A stretch of 63,809 nucleotides of DNA, filler included, from Lenisia limosa (lineage: Eukaryota > Protista > Breviatea), in assembly GCA_001655205.1 (NCBI GenBank). It is 21 parts of 21 records of this genome, joined end to end, with 100 filler letters (N's around TTAATTAATTAA, not from the genome) between each part and the next. Parts side by side here need not be neighbours in the genome. Positions count along the whole stretch, not along the records: positions 47,261 to 49,851 come from LPNZ01002231.1; positions 49,952 to 51,401 come from LPNZ01002912.1; positions 51,502 to 57,446 come from LPNZ01005449.1; positions 57,547 to 59,845 come from LPNZ01005448.1; positions 59,946 to 62,059 come from LPNZ01002708.1; 16 more parts are not named here. One strand, written 5' to 3'. Shown here piece after piece: positions 47,755 to 60,239 of the stretch (position 1 is its first letter; each line of letters begins with the position of its first letter). The notes beneath the pieces were generated by a model, which saw only the letters and a list, made by a program, of their open reading frames with translations, was not told where the DNA came from and made no database searches. Both the position numbers and the translations under genes were made by a program.

Positions 47755-49119
47755 CTAGACCAGGGTATCGATTTTCTTCTTGATTTCCTCGGTTTTCTCG
47801 GCAGCATCAGGGCTCATAGTGCCCTTTAGAGTGAGACTCTGATCCCGTTTGATACTATCATCATCATGGAAAATGGTAGATGGTAGATGTAACACTACAT
47901 AACCTCACCATGAAATCAATAAACTCGGGGTCTGATCCAGTAATAAACTTGAAAATAGTCTTCATATGAGGCCTAAGACCTGTGGGAAGTCAAAGAAGTA
48001 CAATCTTCAAAACAAATGACCTCATTTTCTTAAAACCCTTCATTTTCACTATTACAGTATGTTTCAATATAAGTCGGTGAATAGGCAATACTTGCAAAAT
48101 CTCGACAATTAGCAAATTCAATATATCAGTAAAACCCAAATCACCGTCCATTGGAGCCATATCACCGGAATAGTCACCACCAGAGGCAACACTAGGAAAA
48201 TCAGGGCGGCACAGAAAACAACAATGCAACAAAGCTACTGGAGACATGTCTTGATATTATCAAATCAACCTCCCAACATGACTTGGACCTTCATCTGGGT
48301 GAGAAGGGGAGTGTAGCCTTTGATAGTTACATTGGGCTGAATGACAACGTCGAGGAACTGCTTCAGAATACCGGGCATGCCGAAGTTATACTGCAGTGTC
48401 AGCCACAAACCGATGTGTCAATATATCATAGTATATGATCATATATATATATCATATATATATATATATACTATATGCATATGATATGATATGTAACAGA
48501 GGTTGAAATAGCAAAACTCACCATGGGTGTGGCGATAACAACCTTGTCGAACTTGGAAAACCAAACCGCCTTCTCATAGACAGGCTGGAGCATAACAATT
48601 TATGGATGAAAGTCATCAGGTGGAATGAATAAAACTTAGTGGGTTATCCATATTTAGCAGGTAAGCTGATTTGATAAGAAGTAACTTACATTCCAGTCCT
48701 TCTTCTCGGCATCATTAAGTTCACTACCCATTGAAACCTTATAGCGTCCTAAACAATGACATGCAAAATAGGTAAGGAATTCGTGACAGCACCACTATGT
48801 GTAACAGACCATTTAAGCAATGTTCAGTCAAAATGGGGAGAGGTTCCTTGAAGAGATCAACCGCCTTAATTGTCAGGTTGCAAGGCTAAGTCCAAGGTTC
48901 AGTTCGGTCATAACATTTGAGTAACGCTCATTTACCCCTCACCTCAACTTCGTGAGAAGGGTTTTTCTTCTTGTAAGCCTCTTCAAAATACTACAAAATG
49001 AAAAAACATAATACAGCTGCACGAAAATAATTCAATTAAACAGAACAAACCTTTCCAATCTCTCGAGAACGCGATCTCGCAACTCTTCCGGAAGCGTAGG
49101 CAAACAAAACCTTCATCAT
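47755..49119 (-). CDS. azoR: FMN-dependent NADH-azoreductase (AzoR/AcpD, Flavodoxin_2 fold), apparently complete, ~9 exons
   Basis: MMKVLFAYASGRVARSRSREIGKYFEEAY..AVDLFKEPLPIL..KFDKVVIATPM|YNFGMPGILKQFLDVVIQPNVT..VASGGDYSG..GLRPHMKTIFKFITG..; the PMYNF and SGG motifs are typical of AzoR. Confidence 0.85.
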
Positions 49120-52100
49120 GAACTTTTCAGTATTGGGGCGAGGAAATATTGAAAAAAATTCACTAAAAACGCTACTTCATTGGGAAGGTAGGTTGCCTGA
49201 AATAGAAAGTACGACAGAATAGCCTCTCTCTCTTTCCCCACCCCATTATCATTATAACTTTACAATTCATTACAAAATACGTAGAAAAGAGAGCTGGGCT
49301 GGACATTATAACGTTTGATTAGTTTTGATTAGATGCTAAAAATTTGTCCTAACCTCGGCTCCTCGGCTCCTTAGAGCCTTTATATTAGCATGATGGCGAC
49401 GCCATCAACCCACCTATTAGTTAACAATGCAGAGGAGCCAGAAATACTGGTGGCTGACTATCCGGTTGGTGAACCAAGCTTCGAAGCAGTCCTTCTAACC
49501 CGCTCTAGAAGCCAAAGAGACGAATTGGAATGTATTTGGGCATCGGCATTTTCCTCCTCAGTCTGTTTGTTGAGGTCATTCCGAGCACCAATAATGGAAC
49601 CGGCAAAGACATGACTCGATGCCTTGGTAAGCCAACCTCTTTTTTTAAGATTGTGTTTTTAAGAGGGTTATAGTAACGATATAGAGGGTTCCTATAAAGG
49701 TATTATTATTGTGCTTGCATGGTCATGTGCAGGGCTGTCTACTGGCAGTCGTCACAATATTTGCATTATCTCAGATGAAAAGACACATTCTTGACTACAT
49801 TAAGGTGATATTTTAAGGAAAATATCCTCTTTTATATGCCTGCAAGATTTTNNNNNNNNNNNNNNNNNNNNNNNNNNNNNNNNNNNNNNNNNNNNTTAAT
49901 TAATTAANNNNNNNNNNNNNNNNNNNNNNNNNNNNNNNNNNNNNNNNNNNNATACTACTGAGGACCAATTCAGAAAGCCATTAAATTTCGGCTCAGAGTG
50001 TATCACAAAAAATAATAATAAAAAAGAGAAATAATAATAAAAAAAGAGTCATATTGACGAAAAAACAAACAAAAACAATGACCCACCCAGAGCATGTATC
50101 AGGATTGGAATGCAGGGGGAAAGATGCCGTATGTGAACAGTCGCCTAATTCACCGGGTTCAGGAAGGTTCAGAAGCATAGTTCGTGAAAATCTGATATAA
50201 TATGAGAAGCTAAGGAGGATAAGGAGGTGAAATTCCGTCCTTTTAAGATTAATAACGATTTTGAAATGCGGACCCTCCTTATAACGATGGTGTTGATGAT
50301 GTTGATGTTGTTCATGATGGTGTTGATGATAATGTTGATTATAATGATGGTGTTAATGATGGTGATGATGATGCTAAATAAATTGAAGAAAAGTTATGTT
50401 AAATTTCGCGGGATCGGGGTCATAAAAAGAATACGTTCAAATTGTTTTGACGAATATATAATAGGACCCTCTTCCGTCGTACCTCACAACAGTACCCCAG
50501 TGTCCCTCAAGAGTTAACTGCTGAATAGCATGGTCACGATGGAGAGCCTGGATAATAATAAGAATAATAAGAATAAGAAGAATAATAAGAATAAGAATAA
50601 ATAAGAATAAGAAGAAGAAGAATGATAAGAAGAAGAATAAAAGAAAAGAATACGAAAAAGAAATAAGAATAAGAAGAAAAAGAATAGTATTTGGCCGAAA
50701 ACGTCCACCCATCGCTTATAAGAGATATTGGATTATAGAATAATACTAATTCATCTTTCTGCCTCCCCATAATGAAATATGATTATAACAACAATAACAA
50801 CAAGAGCAACAATAATCACACAAAAATAAAGTACTCACCCGCCCTCGCACCTGGAGATATGCTGTGCACCCTGCAGGGTTGGCGAATAGACTCCTTGAAT
50901 TTAGCCGAACCCGGGGGTAGGGCACATACCTTGGGAGAGTAAAAATTAATAGTAATTATAAAAAAGCCCAAAACAACTACGGGGATATGGGGATATATGA
51001 AACAATGAAAAACAAACAAAAAAAAAAGTTGCCTCTGACCGAAGCCGTCCAAACCATCACGCTTTAAGATATATTGAATTTTAGTTCAAGAGAAGGGGGT
51101 AAACCACATTCCCGACCGCTTCACTCTTCTACTTTGCCGCCGCCGCTACCAACACCGACTATTTTTTGGATATATTTTGGTTTCTTTTTCTTTTCTTTTT
51201 ACTGAATGTGTTTAATAAATATTATTATTGTTCTTTCAAAACTGCACTAACCTACGGCAGTCGCCGTTGCTACAAAGAAGAAGGCTGGCCCCTGTTCCTC
51301 CTCAGAGAAGATGCTGACCCAAAACGCTTCAAAAAACTTCCCCGACATTAGGTCCTAATGTGTATTTGTTTCCCTTGTCTTGTATTCAATACATTTTTAC
51401 CNNNNNNNNNNNNNNNNNNNNNNNNNNNNNNNNNNNNNNNNNNNNTTAATTAATTAANNNNNNNNNNNNNNNNNNNNNNNNNNNNNNNNNNNNNNNNNNN
51501 NAACAACAAAACAAACAAAGCCAGGCCAGTCGCTTCGTAAAGTGAAAAGAAGAAAGTCAGGTATAACGACAAAAGCCATGCCGAATTCATAATCCAGACC
51601 AAGCAGTGTATGCTGTTTTAATAAAACATAAAATTATTGAAATATAAAATATACCTAGGGGTACTACTCAGTAAACGGGGTGACCTCAGTTCAGTTCAAT
51701 TTGAGTAAAAAAAGATTTTTTTTCGTTTGATTTCTTTTTTGTTGCTTCTTCTGTTATTGGCTTTAAATAAACTTGCCTACTGACTTAATTGAGGAGTGGT
51801 TTGTCTAACTGCCGACACGTGCAAGCTGCTGAGAAGCTCTTTTCGTCTACGTGAAGCAAAATCGATAGATTTTGAAAGCTGTTCAACAACCTGATGAAGA
51901 ATGATGATGCCTCTGACCGTCTTTATAATTCTATTAGGTTTCTTTCTGGCTAGAAATGACTTGCTGTTCGCCTAAATTCCTGATCTTCTGAATGATCTTA
52001 CGTATGCTGGAGTAATGGGATACGGTGCTGCCGAATCGACTGGCTTGCGCTTTGTTTGTTTTGTTATTTTCAACCCTCGTCTGTAGCCAACAGAGTTGAT

Positions 52101-52699
52101 ATTGGGCTTTGTTTCCAGTTTTACTCACCCCTCCGCAAATACATTTCTACCTACCCCATTATACATACACATCTTATCTTTCCCCTGACCCCTCATCCCC
52201 ACCTTCTGACTTACCATTTCCAAATTTCAAGACCAGGATAACAACTTAGTAATCCAAGTAATACCACCTGCACAGACGGCAAGTAGAAATATAATTTGTT
52301 TGTTATTCATTTTCTGTTAAAACAACCCTGTTTTAGGTGACAAATTTCATCTTCTGTAAATACTCTTATATCTTTTGAAGTGTAATGTAGTGTATTGCCG
52401 TTATTGATCTGGTGGTTAACCAATTTTATAATTTGGAAATACTTTTGACTTAAAAAACCGGGTTTGATTCGAAAAGTTAAAAAGCGTTTTCGCGTTCATG
52501 TATGGTCATCTACACATGGGAATTTTGGGAACGTCATTTTGTACTGTGGATTTGTTATGCCATATTCCCGAGGAACCTGTGTCGACGGAAAATGCAGCAA
52601 TCATATACCCGACGGAAAATGGGAAATATCATATATTACCCAAGGGAAGTTGGAAATGTTATATTTTTCGGGAAATTCGTCACATTTTTTCAAAACGAC

Positions 52700-53620
52700 C
52701 ATATTTTTAAACAAATATCATATTTAATGTTAATATCATGATCCTTGACTGGACAAGGTCCACGAGTTTGGCGTTCTTCAGCTCTTTCTAAAACAAGTGA
52801 GTTGTAGAGTTTTTTTAAAAAGATAATTCCAAATTGAATACCAAATACCTTTAATAGCAGCTTCCTCGACTTTCTTCTTTCTTTCTCATTGTCTTCCACT
52901 TCTTTCATCAACCTTGCTTTGTAGTCGTCCAAAGATGCAGGCGTGACATCAATTCTCTTCTTCGCAGGAGATGTTGACTCGTAGACTGTCTCGGGGCAAA
53001 CTGAACGCACTTCATGTGGGCCCATGGCAACTCATCGGGATTGGAAAGGTACTTCTCCATCTCCGATACTCCGCTACCTGAACCCAAGCATCCTTAGCCA
53101 ATTCAGGTTGAGTGTCATCCTTAGCTGTCTCAAATAGAGCAGTCAGCTCCGGGGTATTCAGGAAGCGCTGTTCTACGAGGAGGGAGGACAGGGTTTTCGA
53201 AGTGGGTGGTTCCAGAGAGGTGGACTGCAAGACCGGAGGGGTCGACAACCAACCCACCTTCGACAGTAACCACCAGACCGCCGGCAAAGAAAGCGCTCTT
53301 GATCTTTTGGGGAGAAGTGGCGGTATGAAGGCCTCAAGGCATGCCGAGATGGCGGGCATTGGAAACATCAGAAGGGGCTTTCTTGATGAGATTGGTGCGG
53401 AGGGTGGAGTGGAGTATGGTCTTGAGAACACCAAAGGTGCGGAGGTCAAGGGGTTGGGTGGCTTGGGAGGTGTGGGAGAGGAGGAGGTAAACAAAGATGT
53501 GATGAAGACGTAAGTGAGAGAGGTGTCCATCCAGGAAAAGTAGAGCTTCTTGCGTTGGGCTTCAACCGCAGGGACAAAGGTGTCAAATCCCCATGCAGTG
53601 AGAGATTCAACTCTCTGAGG
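52700..53620 (-). pseudogene. pogo/Fot1-type DDE_1 transposase remnant
   Basis: A frame not in the ORF track reads LLFLDGHLSH..LLSHTSQATQPLDLRTFGVLK..TSPQKIKSAFFAGGL, with frameshifts and stops, followed by a charged tail (LMKEVEDNEKERRK). Confidence 0.82.
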
Positions 53621-54680
53621 AGATGGTAAGTGTCTGATTATATTTTGATTGACAAGGAAAACGGGACTTGAAGAGGGCCGGTTCTAAAATGGTTCAAATT
53701 CCGTCCTATTCAACTCATTGAATCTCCCTTCCTCCACCAGAATATCACATTTTTTGTTGTCACAGCCGACTAGAATTGACTTGTCCACATCTCCATACCA
53801 ATCTGAAAGTTATCCATGCAGTTATATACCAAAAAAGCGAAAGCTCCTTCATCGCAATGCTCTTATCTATTATGACATCTGTCTTGAACCATTCTTTTGC
53901 TCGGGGATTATCACCTCCTTCCGCCATCTGAGGCATCTGTACAGAATAGTGCCGAATCTTCATATTGTTAAACTTCCTCAATTGATGTAACACAATTCTT
54001 CGTCTGTAATCCTCTCAGCATCGCTAGGGGCACCAATGTGGGTCATTCAGGACTCTCCATTGCTCCAAACCTTAAAGTGTCACCTTGTCGATATTAACCT
54101 TCGAGTGCCCATCTATGAGCTCCTTGAAATTTGTATAGCTAGCGGCCTTGCACATGCCCTACCCTGAGGTAAGACGCTGCTTGCCCACATCCATTAGTCT
54201 ACCCGTCCAAAGCAAAATTTTGCCCAAACCTGCACTTCTCTTGTCGCATACTGGCAGACCCCAATGCTATTGTACTGGCGACAAGCTCCTCCTTGCTGCG
54301 GTCTCCTGCCGATCGCGCTACCAGCTGTTGCCACTGCCTGTCGTGCCTGTGAAGATCGGCCCATTGTGTCCCCGAGGGTTGGTTAGGGAGCTGAGCAGCA
54401 GTATCTTCAATCGAGTACTATTAACTCAAGATAATTGAAATACCAGAATTCGATACTTCAATTTCTTCACGTTAGAGTTCAGTCCAAACAACAACAAAAA
54501 AAAAAGAGATACACAAATCCCCAGTCTGCTATCAAAAAGTAGACCACTTTCATCCCCATAGGATTATTTTCTTTTTTTGGCACCTATCAGATATTTTTTG
54601 GGAGTTGTCATTTTTGGCCGAAAAATGAAATTCATCCCTGGGACTTACGTCATTCTTGCCCAAAAATGATGATTTCGCTG

Positions 54681-54803
54681 GCCCAAGCAAATTAGCTGCA
54701 GCGTCATATCAGATAAGAAGCGTAATAGCCCCAAGCATATCAGATGGAAGCAATAGCCCCAAGCATATCAGATGGCAGCGTCATAGCCCCAAGCAAATCA
54801 GCT
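54681..54803. repeat. Imperfect tandem repeat, 27-30 bp unit x~4
   Basis: Unit ATAGCCCCAAGCATATCAGATGGCAGCGTC. Confidence 0.85.
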
Positions 54804-55741
54804 ACAATCATAATAAATAACAACAAGCATATCAACTGCAAGCGTATTAACCACGAGCAAATCAGGTACAAGCATAATAACCTGGCGACTTGCTTACGTC
54901 GTAACAGTTCTCGTGCGGTTTTTCTATTCCCCTATTAATCCGATCAGTTCATTCACTTCTATCCTCTGTACCTCATCAAACGTTGTGTCAAGAAGCCCCA
55001 AAATAGATGCAACCAAATCAACTATTTCTGAAATATCACCGTGGCGAGAGGAGAGGGGCTGTTTCTGACGCTTGAAAGGACAGTCGCCCTCTGGTTATTA
55101 CTTTGCTCACGACAACATTGAATTCCTTTCCCTTGTTTTGGTGCGCAACGTCTTCACTTAAATTGTAATTTAACTTTTATTTCAGATGTGCTATTCATAA
55201 TATAGTCCTCGCTCCTGCCCTTAAGAAATGTTAAACAGGAAGCTTGTTGGAGTGTCATTGTTCTGTAAATTTTCCTGGTTTGCAAATTGCTCCACCGTAG
55301 CAGAAGTCTTTGACGTTGATGCCACAATGTAATGTTTGTGTGGTTTATGGTTGTTGAAAGAGACTTTAGTTCCTTGCTTGAAATAATCTTTTTACGATAT
55401 ACTAATATATTACATACTACCTACTACTATCATATTTTTTGTGAAGAAAAAGTGTCCCCGATGAGAAGAACTTTTTTTGATTATTAGTAGGAAGTGAAAA
55501 ATAAAAAATAAAAATCTAAAAAAACAATATTTTCGAGTGCCGAAAATTTCGAAAAGTCCAGGTCGTCCAGTTCACTCCCGTTTTGAGAGATCTATCGTGA
55601 ATTAACAGTTCAGTTCCAGTACAATTCATTAGATAAGGGATGGGATTGTAAAGACCTTTTAAGTTTCAAGAAATCACATATATATATCTCTTACTTTCGT
55701 GATTTCCTCTCCCTCCAACTCCTTAGCTTCTTATTTCTTAG

Positions 55742-57446
55742 TTACATATGTATACATATGCTCACGCTCCGTTTTTTATTTTTTTGGTGATTTCTTTCAT
55801 GGTTCTTTTGAAGGACAACCAGTTTCTCATTGGGTTCAATATGAATGAAGGACAATGGACGCCTCACGTTATCAGAGATTGGTCCACCAGAATTGACAAA
55901 CTTAACCATTTGCTCAATGAATGTTGCCATTTCTTCATGTTCGAACATGTGGGCAGCGTTGTACAGTGGCCGCAAGAGCAGCAGCTGCACCTTGAGCAAA
56001 AGCAACCTGTTGTGGAGACAGCTTAGAGTTATCTTCTGCATCAATATTCTCCTTGAGTCTATCCGATACTTGGAGAGAAACAGCCTGCTCAAATGCAATA
56101 GTGCCTTCCTCTTTGACAGTCTAAAGCTCGGTGGTACAATGTGCCTTGCCCAAAAGAGATGATTGTAGCATCTTAGGCCAGGCAGGTAAATTGGGGTACA
56201 AGTTTGGTGCCTTAAACGGAGCATTCAAATTGGTAGGTGAGAACAACTTTTTGCAAAACTTGGTGTTGGGGATTGGGTTACCATCTTTTGGGAGTGGTCT
56301 GAATAGTCTTCCATGCTCGTAAACCTTGTGCCAATCAGCAGTGGTTGATAACCTTCAACTGTGTAACCACAGGCATTCAATGATGCCTTCGTATGCCTGG
56401 GGGCTCTGAGGGATTTTGACACCATTGTTGCAATTTCAGCCTCTGTGATTGGCCTAGGGAGTGAAATTAAACTCTATTTTAAGAAGAAAGACGTATTTAG
56501 AGTAACTTTTGAACGTAAGAGAGCACAAAGTGCTCATATTATCAGCTTACTTGTTTGGGAAAGATGAACTGTATGACGCAATCAGTCTTCTAAGGCAGTC
56601 ATTCACCTTGGCGTGATGGTAGGAATCCCCCCTAAATAATCAATATCATTCCATATTATATCACCTTAGGAGTTATTCTCACACATTCCCACTATGATAC
56701 TACTACCTTCAGTGATACTACCTCAATTCCACTTGGGTGAAAATTGACAAGTCTTACACTTTGAATGAATCCCCAAAGGTGTCTTCGTTCATCATTTCAG
56801 ACTCCAAAGTCAGTCATATCATATCAAATCAATAGTGAATATGGGAAGATATATCCTGATATAGCCCCCATGCAGTCAGATACCAAACGCTTACTTGCAT
56901 AAAGTGTGAAGTGAAGGATGGCTCAATGATCAAAATAATGCCATATTGGAGAAATACAGCGGCAGATACCTAAAACATTGAGAAAAGAGAAAACATCAAA
57001 AAAAATAAAAAATTGCAAACCTCATTCGCAGGGTGTCTTCAATGGGGTTGTCGTTGATCCATTTAATGATGGTGTCAATCTCTGGAGTCCCTGAATTTTT
57101 CAGCTTGGGTCATTTATTGGATTCCGTTTCCTTCTTGACTTGCTTCTCATTCCTAGCAACAGCCTTCTTGTAAATGTCATCTCCACCAATCACTATCGAG
57201 GATTCCACAATTGAGCCTTCCAGTGTCGACATAGAAATTGCAGAAGCAAGAGCTTCTCCTTTAACATCTCCGAAGTATGACTTCATCCATGCGACCTCAT
57301 CGCCAAAAAGACAACGTTCTGGTGGAATTTCATGTTTTGGAGTAGAGTCTCGGAGCATCTCCACCGTCGCTTCGGCCAACCCAAATGCTAAATCACCATT
57401 CTTCTTACGGATAATCTAGATGAAAATTAGCCAAAGGTTTCAAGTC
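55742..57446 (-). pseudogene. Intron-containing pogo-like transposase, copy 1 (disrupted, truncated by scaffold end)
   Basis: RCLFGDE motif; in-frame TGA after ESNK; ~200-bp deletion removing the TLDGARPH segment; intact exon LQYGIILIIEPSFTSHFMQ; KASLNACG; later frameshifts. Confidence 0.78.
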
Positions 57447-57546
57447 NNNNNNNNNNNNNNNNNNNNNNNNNNNNNNNNNNNNNNNNNNNNTTAATTAATT
57501 AANNNNNNNNNNNNNNNNNNNNNNNNNNNNNNNNNNNNNNNNNNNN

Positions 57547-59600
57547 GCTTAGAGTTATCTTCTGCATCAATATTTTCCTTGAGTCTATCCGATGCTTGGA
57601 GAGAAATAGCCTGCTCAAATGCAATAGTGCTTTCCTCTTTGACAGTCTGAAGCTCGGTGTTACAGTGTGCCTTGCCCAAAAGAGATAATTGTAGCATCTT
57701 AGGCCAGGCAGGTAAATTGGGGTACAAGTTTGGTGCCTTAAACGGAGCATTCAAATTGGTTGGTGAGAACAACTTTTTGCAAAACTTGGTGTTGGGGATT
57801 GGGTAACCATCTTTTGGTCTGTATATTCTTCCCTGCTCGTAAACCTTGTTGTCAATCAGCAGTGGTTGATAACTTTCAACTGTGTAACCACAGGCATTCA
57901 ATGATGCCTTCATAACAGTATACTTGGGGGCTCTGAGGATTTTGACACCATTGTTGCAATTTCAGCCTCTGTGATTGGCCTAGGGAGTGAAATTATACTC
58001 TAGTTTAAGAAGAAAGACGTATTGAGAGTAACTTTTGAACGTAAGAGAGCACAAAGTGCTCATATTATCAGCTTACGTTTGGGAAAGATGAACTGTATGA
58101 CGCAATCAGTCCTCTAAGGCAGTTATTCACCTTAGCATGATGGTAGGAATCCCCCACCTAAATAATCAATATCATTCCATATATATCACCTTAGGAGTTA
58201 TTCTCACACATTCCCACTATGATACTACCTTCATTGATACTACCTCAATTCCACTTGGGTGAAAATTGACAAGTCTTACACTTTGAGTGAATCCCCAAAG
58301 TTGTCTTGGTTCATCATTTCAGACTCCAAAGTCAGTCATATCATCATCTCATATCAATAGTGAACATGGGAAGATATACATGTACATATCCTAATATAGC
58401 CCCCATGCAGTCAGATACAAAACGCTTACTTGCATAAAGTGTGAAGTGAAGGATGGCTCAATGATCAAAATAATACCATATTGGAGAAATACAGTGGCAG
58501 ATACCTAAAACATTGAGAAAAGAGAAAACAACATCAAAAAAAAAAAATTGCAAACCTCAGTTGCAATATGAGGCCTTGCACCATCCAAAGTGACAAGGAT
58601 GGGGTCGTATGCTGTTGACTTGTAGCGCTCACTTAGACGTTCATGAGTGAGCATCACAGCTTCCGTATTGAAAAAAGCACTGGAATTGATGCCAAGAACT
58701 CGCATGCTATTCTCATTTGCAGCTTTCATGGTGGCTTCACTCGGTTGCTCCATTCGCAGGGTGTCTTCAACGGTTGATCCATTTAATGATGGTGTCAATC
58801 TCTGGAATCCCTGAATTTTTCAGCTTGTGTCTTTTATTGGATTCCGTTTCCTTCTTGACTTGCTTCTCATTCCAAGCAACAGCCTTCTTGTAAATGTCAT
58901 CTCCACCAATCAATATCGAGGATTCCACAATTGAGCCTTCCAGTGTCGACATAGAAATTGCAGAAGCAAGAGCTTCTCCGTTAACATCGCCGAAGTATGA
59001 CTTCATCCATGCGATCTCATCGCCAAAAAGACAACGTTTTGGTGGAATTTCATGTTTTGGAGTAGAGTCTCGGAGCATCTTCACCGTCGCTTCGGCCAAC
59101 CCAAATGCTAAATCACCATTCTTCTTACGGATAATCTAGATGAAAATTAGCCAAAGGTTTCAAGTCTGAAAGACAACTTTTGAATGAAGCAAGACCACAT
59201 ACTTCTTCACACTGGGCATTGATCTGCTTCCAACTCTTTCCAAACTTCTTCTGAGCTTCACGCTCGAACTGCTGATAAAATTGAGCAATCGGTTCGCGGA
59301 ATACTTCTGAGGCTAAGTAGTTAAAACACACTTGTGGCCATTCATCTTTCCACAAAAAACAAGAGAACCCCACATACCTTTCAAATATTCTTGATCCATG
59401 TAGCATCTTGATGCTTCTATTTTTCTTGCGGCTAAGGCCTCCATCGTTAAGGCAACATGAAATGCGCGAATACCCGCCCGCTGCATAATGTCTTGGTTGA
59501 CAGACCTCAAGTTAACCTCACGACAATGTGACCAGATCCTTCTCCCACTGTTGAAGAGTCTGCCCATTTGAAGCACTTTCTCGGGCTAGACAGCCATCTA
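57547..59600 (-). pseudogene. Intron-containing pogo-like transposase, copy 2 (disrupted)
   Basis: Catalytic candidates FGDE (59019-59021), TLDG (58583-58585) and MQ|VGD (58149-58151); frameshifts at ~58773 and ~58468; at least 5 GT-AG introns; roughly 90% similar by eye to 56022-57446. Confidence 0.8.
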
Positions 59601-60239
59601 CACAGTTAAAGTGTAAGTTGAAATATTACATACAATATTATTATACATGTACATACATTTAATTATGTATATATTAATTACATGTTTATTGGTTTCAGAA
59701 AGAACAATGCAACAAATCCCCCCACTCACTGCAATCATTCTTCGACTGCTAATTTGCCCTCCTTGATTGTCTTCTTTTCAATAGGTCCATAGAAAATTAT
59801 TCTTTCGTCACTCTTTTGCTCTATTCTCCCTTTCCGTAGAAGTTTNNNNNNNNNNNNNNNNNNNNNNNNNNNNNNNNNNNNNNNNNNNNTTAATTAATTA
59901 ANNNNNNNNNNNNNNNNNNNNNNNNNNNNNNNNNNNNNNNNNNNNAAAAAAAAAAAAAAAAAAAAAAAAAGACAGTGTGAACTGAAGAAAGGCAACAGAG
60001 GGAAAAGAAACACCAATATATGGTCCACAATACCCAAACTTACAGTAAACTTAAGGTCTCAATGCCTCTCTGGTACATTTGATCATTTACAGGGATATTA
60101 CTAGGGTATATAGTCAGAGAAGACGCAGCCCAGGCATCAGCACAAACGCCGCAACCTTTTAATTTTGTCCGAAGTATCTAAATATGTGACACTTCAGTAA
60201 GGTAACCCCCCCATTTTCTAAAAAGATAGCTTTTCATTC

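Noticed and set aside
50227-50770. Met/Leu/Ile-rich and Ser/Tyr-rich ORFs (also 15792-16110)
   Set aside because: They are translations of intronic GAT/AAT/AAG microsatellites.
57447-59945. Tandem arrangement of the pogo copies, or a pogo-PHD fusion
   Set aside because: The pieces are separated by artificial linkers, so physical adjacency is not supported.
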